Origin: Eledone cirrhosa
Lineage: Eukaryota
NCBI GenBank assembly: GCA_964016885.1
Contig: OZ024740.1
Location: 378,820,001 to 378,884,000, forward strand
DNA: 64,000 bases
Direction: 5' to 3'
The notes below the pieces were generated by a model. It searched no databases and was not told where the DNA came from. It saw only the letters and a list, made by a program, of their open reading frames with translations. This document shows, piece by piece, positions 16,621 through 29,005 of this stretch; within the stretch, counting starts at the first letter, position 1; each line of letters begins with the position of its first letter. The position numbers and the translations under genes were made by a program.

Positions 16621-19110
16621 TTCGTCTGGTTTTATAATTTAATAATTTTATCGAGAGAGAGAGAGAGTCAGTTTCTTACATTGACACAAGTCGCCTTGAT
16701 TGGTATATAAACATCAACTAGGTAGATATGTATGCATGCATGCGGATGTGTGCAGGTATGGATGTTATTGTATGTGTGGATGTGGATGTTTTGAGTTATA
16801 TGTGTACACGTGTATATGTTTTGTATCTGTACATGGGTACATGCAGTTATTACATGCAGAAATTTTGGAATCTTTTGCACATTTTTACTGTTCCATTAAT
16901 GGATTGTACTTGTAATTTCCTAACTAGTTGTGTTCTTTCTGTTTCTGTGAAGCCCAGCTTCTCAAGAGTTTTACTGAAGCAGTTACTAACATATCCCAGT
17001 TACCCAATAATATAAATGTATAAATCTGAAGGTATAGTCAGTGTGGAGTATCTGCAGATTTCTCATTAGTTCTGCATAGATATTCTCCTTTTCGCTAATC
17101 TTTAATATATTGGCATCTGCTGGAAAGCTAACTTCCACTACTGCTGTACATGCCTTCTTTTCCCGTCCCATATCTTAATATCTGGTCTGTTATGCTTGCA
17201 TTTTATTGGTGTTTTGACTCGAACATTCCACCAGTACTCTTTCATATTATGTATATGTATGTCTTCCACATTGCTGTAACTTTTAATGTGTCTATTATCG
17301 GGGCTATGTTTTCTAAGGATTTCATTGTATAGTGTTTTCGCCACTACATCATGCCTCATATGTAGATAGTACCGTGATGACATCTTTGGAAAGCTGCTTA
17401 TGGCATGGGTGACATCTTCGATGTTAATTCTGCAGAGACTGCATTTGTTGTCACAGCTAGCTGTTTTGCCTGCATCCCTATCTCGTTCGTGAATCAGGTA
17501 TTTTGTGTTGATTTCCTGTTCTTGGATTACAAAAATGTATCCTTCAAAGTGGAAGCCAATATAGCGGTTGTTGGTCTAAGATAGACTACTTTGCTTATCT
17601 ATATTACTCTCACTTTGGAGCTTCCTGGCAACATATCCTTGCAGTTTTCCATCCATGAGCAGCTTTTCCTCCATGGATTTACTGCGATATTGCTGAACAA
17701 TTTCCCTGGGTGGGAGTTTTTGGTTATCATGCAGGGAGTATCTTTCAAGGAGTTCCTTTTCAACTTTCGTAATCTTATCTGTCTCATGCAAACATACTTG
17801 CTAATAGATGAACTCCTACGCTTCGAGGTTCGTAAATGTTGTCGGAGGGATATGATGCGACATTCAAATGCTGTCTGGACTGATGTTAGCTCTCTGCCAC
17901 CCTACTTATGTTTCAAGTAGAAGCGGTCTATGTCACTGTTGATGTGGAAGTTTCCGGTGTTGTTTAGAAATTTTAGATTTTTAACATCAATTGCTCGGAT
18001 TTTGTCTATCGTCCAATTGAGTATTCCAAACGTTGCTGTTAGGACAGGCACAGCAAACAAATTGTGAGCCACTGTTTTATTGACCATAATGACCATAATG
18101 GCAGAATAAATAATTGCCCAGGGAGACTGTCTCCTTGAAATATACCCTTGTGATATCCCATTTTATCAAAGAAAATAGAGTCCTCCTTCTCTGTTTTTAA
18201 CTTTAAGAAGTAAATAGGTTCTCTATGGCTCTGATAATAATTATTTCTACTTTTGGCACAAGGCCAGCAATTATCCCAGTGTATTACTGGTACTTTATTT
18301 TATCGATCCCGCAAGGATGAAAGGCAAAGTTAACCTCGGCGGGATTTGTACTCAGAATGGCAAGGGCCGTAACTCTATGCTTGGCATCCGGCCCTCTACC
18401 GATACTGCCAATCCACTGATAATAATGTCGGGGACTTTGGCAAGTCGGAGGGCCTCTATCATCCAAGAGTGGGGAACAGAATCAAATGCTTTCCTGTAGT
18501 CCAACCGGACTGTAGCCATATTTCTCTTAAGTTGTCGCATCTCCGACATCGCAATTTTGTTGATTAGCAGGTTTTTTTTAGCACACCCCCAAATACGTTT
18601 CTTCCCAGCTGCTTGCTCATCTGTGATGATTTTATTACTGTCACAGTGATCTTGGAGGAATAGTTTCAGGAAGGCTGTATACATTTTATATATTAGGTTC
18701 TGGCATGAAATGGGTTGGTGGTTTTTTGCTAAGTGGGTGTATTTGTTCTTCAGGACCAATATTGTTTGTGCCAATGTCAACCATCCTGGTATATGTGCAT
18801 CTCCTCTGAAAGCTTGCTGGTAGAGGTTGATAAGATACATCCGATCGAATGTTAGTTTTCTGTACCAGTAGTCAACAATTAAGTCTCTTCCTGGTGTTTT
18901 CTCATCTTGGAGTTTTCCTATCTCAGTATCAAGGGTATTATCATTTATTCTGTATGTCTTTGTTATCTTGGTTGCAATTCTTCTTTTCACCCAATATTTT
19001 TCTCCAGAAGGAATCTTTGTCTTTCTGGGATGGGGCCTCCATGTCATTTATTACTTTGCCCTTCATAACTCTACAGACTGATGTTTGGTTTCGTCTGAAT
19101 CTTTTATTCA
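16621..19110 (-). mobile_element. Degraded, 5'-truncated R4/Dong-like non-LTR retrotransposon
   Basis: LDYRKAFDSVPHSW; CCHC knuckle region; restriction-like endonuclease KHNRPDIKIWD..VVEVS..KISEKENIY; many frameshifts. Confidence 0.85.
18238..18416 (-). mobile_element. tRNA/Nin-like SINE inserted in the R4/Dong copy
   Basis: Family consensus match; flanking CTGATAATAAT duplication. Confidence 0.85.
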
Positions 19111-21040
19111 TTTAAATTTTCCTCTATCCTCTTCTGGTATCGAAGTTTCTCGTCTGACCATAGGTGATGTAGATCGTGTGTTTGAGATTGTCCTGATTCT
19201 GTTAGGCTTTTCAGATTGCCTGCGTGAGCGTGAATGAGCCAACTTTGTGATTTCTCCGTGTGCATCCAAAACCGAATTAAATCATATACATTTTCGAATA
19301 CATTAGTAAAAGTGTATATCCATGCTATAAACAAAAGGTGGTTGCATTCTCTAAAATCTATCAAATTTTGAATTTTCCTGAAACTAAATATAAAAAAAAT
19401 GTACAAACCTCAACATCAAATATATCGATGCAAGTTCGTATCATTCTCCGGTCACGAAAGAGATTTTACACTTCAATTATAAACGATTCGCTACACTGAG
19501 TACCCGATTCGCTACATAGAGTACCCGAGTACCCAATTCCCCGATTTGCTACCCGAATACCTGATTCGCTACATAGAGTACCCGAGAGTCAATAAAAAAT
19601 TGTTTTATTCGAAAATCGGTACAAATTTGAACCTCCTCAAAGGTGCTCTGCTGGGCTGTTTCAACCATGTCTCTTAGCTTTGCTTTTCATCCTTACGGGG
19701 TCGTAAAATAAAGTACACCAGTAATACACTGGGGTCGATTTAATCACCCCCCCCCCCCCCCCTCTAAAATTGTTGGTGTTCTACCTAAATCAGAAACCAT
19801 TATTTGTTCATATCTTATACTTTATTAGTTACGTTGGAGTCACCAACTTGTAGAGAATAAACATTGTTGCATTAAATTCAATAAACTACACAGCGAAATA
19901 TGTCGTTGCGAATTCGAATCATTTGCATGTCAAATATATAATTTTCTTTTCACACATCTTACATTGATTTGATATATACATTTGATATATACATTTGATA
20001 TATACACACATGCACAAGTGGAATACCAGAGGGCGGTATTTCTGCTAGTTGTGTGATAAATAAAATAGCTCTCTCTCTCTCTCTCTGTCGCCATCTCCAC
20101 CCCCCCCCCTCCCCCTCTCTCTCTGCATGTGTTAACGTGAGTTACAACATAATCAACATAATGTTTCATACTGATATTTTATGATCACCTAGATAGATTT
20201 TTAAAGCTGAAATAATAAGAGTGATTTAAATTTTGACCAATACTCAATGTAATATTACCTGGATCGATCGACCATGATCCACCTGAAGTCCAAATTAAAT
20301 CTGCAAATATATCAACTAGTCATCGATCATTATTGCTTCGCTAGATAGCAACATTTTGTACAAGTCTTATATTAATATCCAGAAAAGGTATTCCGATGTC
20401 ATAACAACGTCAAGACGCCAATCATGTATACAAAAAATTATCCTCTATCCCATAACTTGGCATGTAGTTATTTATTATATCCACCCCCTTTCCCGCGAGG
20501 ATAACATATTTATTCAAAGCGTGCTTGTAATATATCATGAGATATTTGGTTTCTTGGAAAGCTTTTACGAGATACTTTGAATATGCAAGTATCAAATGAC
20601 GATTATTATCATTATTATCTTGTGTCTTTTACGTCAAGATATCTATCTATCACACAGACAAGCATACATGCACACATATGTAAACATATTTCTTTATCTA
20701 GGCTGTTAAATGGTAGCTAGTGTGCACATATATCATGTCGTAAAATGAATTTGTTTCTATTACGAGAGGATGGAAGAAAGAAGGAAAAAGATGAAAACAT
20801 GTATATCGTTATATGAAATTATATATATCTCTCTTTCTATCTATCTATCTCTCTCCCTCTCTCTCTTTATCTATCTCTCTCTCTCTCAGACACACACAGA
20901 CATACACAGACACATGCATAATTCTCTATCTCACCCTTTCTTTGTTATTTGACATAAATCTCAGGAAATGCGTAGGTATATATTAGATCCAGCTTTGTAC
21001 TTCTAATATATTAGAATTCTAATTCTACCCTATCTATCTA

Positions 21041-24000
21041 TGATCGAACAACCCGACCTCCAGGAAACTAAAAGGTAAGTGTTCCCGCCTTTTTCTCTCC
21101 CTAACTATAAAAGCGACTATACAAGTTGGATGTTTGAATGTGCGTGGCCTCGGGATGTCCTGGAAACAGGGCCAATTTTTAAATACCTCAGGTCACACTG
21201 TATAGATGTGATAGCAATCACCGAGTCCAGGATTCACGACAAGCAGCAGTTAACCCCCATGTTTGATGACTTTGAGATTTACGCATCTCTCTGTCAGCGA
21301 GGAGGTGGAGGGGGAATTGCTGTTTTGTTTCGATAAAACCTGGATCTCAAAGTACAGACAATTTACTTGGCTCGGAGGGAAATTTGGTGGTCCTAGACGT
21401 GAATGGTAGTGAAAGTGGAGCTTTCAGACTGGTGGCCACATATGCCCCGACTGGGACATAGCAACCTGAGTTCTTTAAGCGTCTGGAGTTATTCCTGGGA
21501 ACGTCTCGCTCTTTACTGTTAGAGGGAGACTGGAATGGCATCTTAGACGCACGTTGGGATTATGTAGGAGTATCTGATAGCAGAGGGGATGTAATAGCCT
21601 AAAAACTCTTATCAGCCAATTCCAACTGGCTGATAGATATCGACTAGATTTCGCAAGTGCACCACTGTGGACGTGGAGCAACCGCACTGGGTCTTCTAGA
21701 TTATATTTAGATAGATTTCTAATTAGACAAAATGATAGGGAAACATTAAGCTATCCACAAATGCACATGGTTGCCTATTCAGACCACAAATTAGTGACCT
21801 GCATAGTCAACCTTGATAGAATACATAAACAGGGACCCGGATACTGGAAGCTAAACATGTCGCTACCGACACGTAAAGCCTACAGTATATGGATTAGCAC
21901 CTTAGTTAAACGCCAGTTGACGGGGGCCATTGTCAACAACACGTGGGAGTGCTCTCTCAGGAGAGCAATTAGAGTAGAATCAATAGCCTCTAGCAAGGAA
22001 TTAGCTTTAGAAAAGAACAAAACTGAAAAGGAACTGGTAGCCAAAGTAGGAGAGGCACTTACGAATGGCAGTACAGCTGACGTGTTAGTTGCGAGAACGG
22101 CACTAGAACAGTTCTTCAACGTGAAACACGAAGGTTGTATTGTCAGAAGTAGAACGTGTGCTCTGAGAAACGAGGGAGCCAAAGCTGTTCGCTGGGCCCG
22201 AGTGGCAGAGGCGAAAAGTGGCAACAAACCCACAATTCGGTCTTTGGAAAACCAAGACGGACGCATATTACTTGAATCCAAACAGATGTGTACGGCCTTC
22301 CACCAGCACTTTGCACAACTGTTCGGGCAGAGCAGTACGTCGAGTGGGGTGATGGACTTCAGTTCCTCCTTCGACGGCCTACCGCGACTCTCAAACACGT
22401 ATGCGGGGAGCTGCGAAAGGCCGATCACAGCGGACGAAATAAAAGACGCCTAGGCCGCTGTGGGAAACGCAAATCACCCGGTTTAGATTGTTTACCTATG
22501 AGTTTTATATAAGCATGCCAGACTTGTTCTCTGACCTCCTCGAAGCGATCTACTGCAACTGGCAACAGAACGGGAGGATTCCCAGTCCTGTAAGCAGAGG
22601 CGTAGTAACGTTGATCAGGAAAGATGAGGACAAAGGGAATAACATAAGTAACTTCAGACCCATAACTCTGATCAACACAGAGTTAAAGATTTTGGCCAAG
22701 GTGTTAACAACGAGGCTGGCGTTCGTCAACGAGAACCTGTTGGGGAAGCGCAAACGTGTGCAATCCCGGACAGGTCCATACACGACAACCTCCGCCTCAT
22801 GCGATACATGCAAAGCAGGCTTCGCTGGGGCTTTCCTCAATTTAGATCAATCTAAGGCATTTGATAGGGTCAACCATCAATACTTGGAAGCCGTTCTCAA
22901 GGCGGTCGGTTTCTGTCCCGTCTTCAGAGGCTGAATCGCTGCCATGCACAGCAACATCTGCTTGGCAGTCAAGGTGAATGGCTACCTGTCGGAGCCATTC
23001 CAAATCATGTGTTCCATCCGTCAAGGATGCCCTCTCTCCTCCGTTCTGTATGTACTGAGTTCCGAGCCACTACTGCGGAAACTGGAGTTATTGCAGGGTA
23101 TCCCGATCGAACCAGGACTGCGAAAAACAGTGTCGGCCTACGCCGACGACGTGACCGTCATTGTGTCGAAAACCTCGGAAATCGGGGTAATCAGCAACTT
23201 ATTACAGGAATACGAAACATTGACAGGAGCCGGACTAAACCTGAACAAGTCTGTCGGTTTGCAACTCGGCACATAGAGAGGCAAACCTATGCCGTCCGAC
23301 AGTGTCGCTGGACGCTGGGCGTAAGGACCGGGGAAATTGCTCGGGGTCTGGTTTCCAAGACTTCCAGGTGGACAAAAACTGGAACGAGGTTACGGCGAAG
23401 GTGTTTGCACTCACCCAGAAGTGGGCTGAGTGCAAACTCTTCTTAAAAGGTATAGCAGAGGTGGCGAACACTTACATAGCGTCCGTCATCTACTACTGCT
23501 TGACAGTCATGCCTGGTCCCTGCGATCACCTCAGCAAAATGGAACGTCTTCTCTTGAAGTTCGTTTGGAAGAAACAGGCTCCGTTGGTGAAAAGATCCAT
23601 CTGCTGCAAACACCCTTCTAGCAGAGGGCTAGGCATGCCGTGGCTGATGATGCGCAAACACGCGCTGAGGTTACGCCATCTCCAGGTGTTCCTGACCGGT
23701 GAACCGGTGTGGTTGTCGTTTGTGAGACGATCTCCCACACAACTCGTCTCACTAACAGAGTTGCAGTCCTGGGTGAAGCGAAGACCGAAAATGGGCGCCT
23801 GGCACCTCGAGTGCCTTCAGGTGCTCACCGTTTCTACCAAACGGAAACGGCAATCAGCGGAGACTCCACGTCGACATTCTATAGGGGATTAGTGGAGGAT
23901 AAGTGCGACGACGTTCTCCGGGAAACTCTAGGAATCGAAAAGGACGAACTGGCCAGTCTGTTCGGGAGGACTTTCCGTCCAGGGCCTATGGATAACTTCC

Positions 24001-24384
24001 AGAGGTCTCTGGCCTTGCAGTGCTACCGAAGAGCTCTACCAGTTCGAGACAAAATCTACAGACACGGACGCTCTCGCAGGGATCCTGCCAAAAGGACCTG
24101 TCCAAGATGCGAGCAGGACATTGAAACCATTCTGTGCCCAGAAGTGACCGACCTGTGGAATTACGTCAAACAGTTACTGTCATTTGTGGGACGCATCTAG
24201 TTGTCAGCCGAGTCCATCGCGGGGATCACCTCGCCACCTTCATTTAAGAATGAAGGAGAGACGGTTTTCCTCTGTCTGGTGGCTATGGCGAAAGAGGTAA
24301 TATGGTAGACGAGGTTAAAAGGACTGAGGGCAATCACGTCTTGTAATGTCCCATTTCTTGTACGCCTTTGTGGCAAATAAAGAA
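21041..24384 (+). mobile_element. 5'-truncated Tx1/L1-like LINE (APE-RT ORF2, pseudogenised) with (ATCT)n tail
   Basis: SDHKLV, GPGYWKLN, FRPITLIN, LDQSKAFDRV, IRQGCPLS, AYADD; AATAAA then (ATCT)n. Confidence 0.9.
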
Positions 24385-24470
<86 letters not shown>

Positions 24471-25400
24471 TATATAATTATGTCTTAAATATTTAATGAG
24501 AAAATAGATGTTCTATATTTGTTAGGGTCATAAATTAACTGAAAGTACAGTTTGTTTGTCTCTAAGCAATCAGTAATAATGAATAGAAACTCTCCAAATC
24601 ATGTTCATGGCTACTGAAATTGACATAAAAGAGTAGAAACTACACCTGAAATTCATTATAAAAGTTACGTGCACATTTTCGTTGTCTCCATATATAATTT
24701 GGCATGCAGCCAATGCTAATGGAATACTATTAATCAAGCTGATTGTCTTGTTGCTAAGAGTACAAAATGTGAACTCGAAGATGGCAAGGTTGATTATAGT
24801 TCTTTTACCAATTACTATTGTCATCTTGCCTAAAAGAATACAGAATAATCGATATTTTTAACTTTCAAGAATCGAGGATAAATTAAAGGTGATTTAAAAA
24901 AAATGAAACACGCCAGTTAGGTATAGAAAATATCAATCGAGTTCTATTTTGAATCAAGATAGGTGACAGACATATTTGACACTTTCCATTAAGACAGTTA
25001 TGGTTACAAGAAGGCAACAAGAGATCATTGTGAATAATTTTGATTAATTTACCAATAAACCTATAATATACACAAGTAACCACAGGTATAAACAAAGACA
25101 ATCAATTTACCTAAAATACATATATACATATTTAATATACACCAGTAAACTGATGTATAAATACATATATACATATTTAATATACACCAGTAAACTGATG
25201 TATAAACAGACGAGTAATTTATCTAAATTACATATACTCAGATATAAAGAAAGGCGAGCATGTGCACAACATACATGTAAATGAATAGAAATGTATATGT
25301 TGCATTCAGATAGAATGTATTTTTCATGGGTTAATCAGCGGAGAAAGACAGCGAACATTACGAGACCTTACAGACATATCTTCACAATAAGAATGATAAT

Positions 25401-25585
25401 TGCTTCTACTTTTTGGCACAAAGCCAGCAATTAGCCAGTGCATTACTGGTATTTTATTTTATCGACCCCGTAAGGATGAAAGGCAAAGTTAACCCCGGCG
25501 GGATTTGAACTCAGAATGGCAAGGGCCGTAACTCTATGCGTCAAAGCATGGCGTCCCACGCTCTACCGATACTGCCAATCCACTG
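25401..25585 (-). mobile_element. tRNA/Nin-like SINE with 19-bp target-site duplication
   Basis: TCACAATAAGAATGATAAT on both sides. Confidence 0.9.
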
Positions 25586-25680
25586 TCACAATAAGAATGA
25601 TAATATTACTAGTTCATGTGCTTTGCAGTGGCTGCAAACGATCGTGAGAGTAATAGTAAAATGATAAAGGTAGTTTTTCT

Positions 25681-25905
25681 ATCGGTCGCTCTCCGACAGG
25701 TTTGCAGTCGAGCCCCTAGCAGTGGAGGCCTCTGGCCCTAAGGCTACCTCTCTACTCACCACCATAGGCGCTGAGTTAGCTAGCCGCAGGTGTAAACCTC
25801 GCGAGATGGAATGATTCTTCTAGCGCATCTCCCTCACCATTCTCCAGAGAAACGCCTCCTCCATTCTGTCCGCCGGGGCCGTGGGGCGGCCAGCGCGTGG
25901 GACCC
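25681..25905 (+). mobile_element. CRE-like retrotransposon 3' fragment
   Basis: Nucleotide similarity to 42270-42490 (RSLSDRF..PLAVE.SG). Confidence 0.7.
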
Positions 25906-27348
25906 CATTTTCTCATAATAGTGAGTGAGGGGGAGGGCGAGAGAGATGGAGGCGATGACTGGGAATTTACACTTTTTATTCTATTATTATTTATAGTTTT
26001 TTTTCATTGTGGTGACTTTGCCAAAAGCTGGCATATTATCACTGCAATAAAAAAATACTACCTTCATCAATAGTAAAATTATGAACGCTTTATTTTAAAA
26101 AGTATTAAACGGTTAAAACCTTGCAGTTTGTATAATTGATTTCACATTATTATGCAGTACAAGTAACAAAATTTGACAGAAAAAAAACATTAGTTTATAT
26201 TACTATCAAAATAGAATCCCACACAAAACAAGGAGAATAATTATAGAAGCATCAAAGTTAAAGCAAAAATTAACACACAGTTATAACATACGTGAAACTA
26301 ATTATAAAAAATTGCGAGGCTTCAACCACTGAATAATTTTTTAATTGGTTGGCCATAATATTACTCTTACTCCCATGATCCTTTGCGATCATTGTAAAGT
26401 ACGAGAACGATGTGCTTCTAATATTCTTCTTCATTGCTTCTCGGACATGTGTCATTGACCATATCAATGGGTCAACTCATGCCTTGTCAGTGAAATCTGG
26501 CAGACGGAAGCTATTTGGAAGCGCGTCGGATGGACTGTACCAGTAATTCCAAGGGTTAAGATTCTCACACACTGTGTAACGTTGAACTTCTTTGAAAATT
26601 ACTTTAATGACAGCCGTGTCTGTGGAATGCTCAGTCATGTAGACGTTAATTTTGCGAGCAGACAGACTGCTTCGTTGATCGAACATTTATTGACATAAGT
26701 CCATTGCAATATACTCAGGATAGATTCATATATCTATAGTAATTTTACCTACAAAACTTGACGTTACTTCTAATCAAAAAGAAATCAATAATTAACGATT
26801 TACATGTTTACCAATATTTTTTCTTTTATAATCAAAAACAATATCGCTATGATAAAATTAAAATGATTCAGTAATTCGTAAATATTTAATGATATTTTCT
26901 ACTTGGTGATTAGTTTTCATTAGAATAGTCTAAAACTTTTAATGAGGTTGAAAGCCTCTAAAAGGCCACAGTGTATAGGTATATGTAAGTGTGTATGACG
27001 GGTTTTTCTACCCTTCTCGTTATGTTTGTGTGTATGTGTGTGTGAGGGTGGGGGTGATAGAGGTTATGGAGATATGGAAATAATTAGTACATTTCTAATG
27101 CAGCTAATTGTTTCAGTGAAACTGTCTTGCCATGTGTTACATGGTTTTAAAATACATCGGTAATACACAAGAGACCTAATTGACGTATTAATTACATCCA
27201 ATTCGTCATACCTTAATTACTATACGGTTTGCTTTTCCCATCTTCAATCTTAAAATCGAAATGAAATATAATCCTACAGAAACCTTAAATCTAAACATAT
27301 CTATCTGAAATTAGTATGAAATTTTAAATCATGGAAAATTAGCTTTAC

Positions 27349-27432
<84 letters not shown>

Positions 27433-27436
<4 letters not shown>

Positions 27437-29005
27437 GACGGGAGCCATCGTCAACAATAGATGATGGTACTCTCTCAAGAGAGCAATTAGAGTAGAATCG
27501 ATAGGGTTTAGCAGAGAATTCGCTTTAGAGTAAAACAAAGCGGAAACAGAACTAGTAGCCAAAGTAGAAGAGGCGCTTAGGAGTGGCAACGCATCTAGAG
27601 TGTTAGCATCGAGAACGGCACTGGACCAGCTCTTCGACGCGAAACACAAAGGCTGCGTGGTCAGAAGTAAATCACTCTAGGAAACAAGGGAGCAAACGCT
27701 GTTAGCTGGGCCCGAGTGGTGGAAGCGAAAAGTGGCAACAAGTCCACGATTCGGTCTTTGAAAGACTAAAACGGACGCGTGCTACTTGACCCCAGGCAGA
27801 TGTGTGCGGCCTTTCAGCGGCCCTTTGCGCGACTGTTTGAGCAGAACGACGGTGCACCGAACAAAGCAGTAGACTTTGGTTCATATCTCGACGGCCTGCC
27901 GCGTCTCTCGAACATGGACGCCGAGTTCTGCGAAAGACCGATCACAGCCACTGAGATACGGGACGCTATGGGCCGCTGCGGGAAACGCAAATCACCCAGT
28001 CTAGATGGTCTATCCTATGAGTTTTACATGTTCTCTGGCGTCCTCGAAGCCGTCTACTGCAATTGGCAGCAGAACGGGACAATTCCCAGTTCTGCAGGCA
28101 AGGGCGTAGTAACGCTGATCAGGAAAGACGAGAACAAGGGGGACGAAATAAGCACTTTCAGGCCCATAACTCTGCTCAACACAGAGTTAAAGATTTTGGC
28201 CAAGGTGCTACCAACGAGGCTGGCGCTTGTCGTCGAAAACCTGGTAGGGAAAGCACAAACGTGTGCAATCCCGACCAGGTCCATACACGACAACCTCCTC
28301 CTCATGCGATATATCATAGAGAAGGTGGGATGTAAACCCGGTTTCGCTGGGGCTCTGATCAACTTAGATCAGTCTAACGCATTTGATAGGGTCGACAATC
28401 GATACTTGAAAGCGGTTCTCAAGGCGGCCGGTTTCGGTCCCGTTTTCAGAGGATGGATCAAGGCGATGCACACAAGCATCTGCTCGAAGGCAAAGTGAAC
28501 GGCTACCTATCGGAGCCGTTCGCAATCACGCGTTCCATTCGACAGGGATGCCCTCTCTCCTCCATTCTGTACGTATTGACTTTAGAGCCACTACTGCGGA
28601 AGTTGGGGCTTTTGCAGGGCATCCCTTTAGAACCGGGACTGCGAAAAGCGGCGTGACGGTAATGGTGTCGAAAACCTCGGAAATCGAGGTAATCGGCAAC
28701 CTACTACAGGAATACGAAAGGTTCACAGGAGCAAAACTGAACCTGGACAAGTCTGTCGGTTTGCAACTCGGAACGTGGAGATGCAAACGGATGCCGTCCG
28801 ACAGCGTCGTCGGACGCTGGACGGAAGGACCGGTGAAATTGCTCGGGGTCTCGTTCGTTCCAAACCTCCAGGTGGAGAAAAACTGGAACGGGGTCAAGGT
28901 CAAGGTATTTGCGCTCACCCAGAAGTGGGCAGAGTGCAAACTGTCCTTGAAATGTCGAGCGGAGGTGGCGAACACTTTCATAGCGTCCGTCATCTACTAC
29001 CGTCT
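27433..29005 (+). mobile_element. Internal Tx1/L1-like ORF2 fragment beginning at (TCTA)n
   Basis: FRPITLLNTELKILAKVL, LDQSNAFDRV, IRQGCPLS; same family as 21041-24384. Confidence 0.88.

Larger units (their letters stand above)
20400..26700 (-). pseudogene. Possible decayed class C GPCR (mGluR-like) fragments split by TE insertions
   Basis: Collinear weak motif matches read by eye: NLNPWNYW, DPLIWSMTH, PSCNHNCLNG, LL..TNKLY, FK..RK..FQETKY; many stops and frameshifts. Confidence 0.3.

Noticed and set aside
19484-19590. Short repeats GATTCGCTAC..GAGTACCC resembling a CRISPR array
   Set aside because: Degenerate minisatellite with no unique spacers, in a eukaryotic context with no cas genes.
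25114-25206. Short tandem duplication of about 44 bp
   Set aside because: Simple local slippage with no other features.
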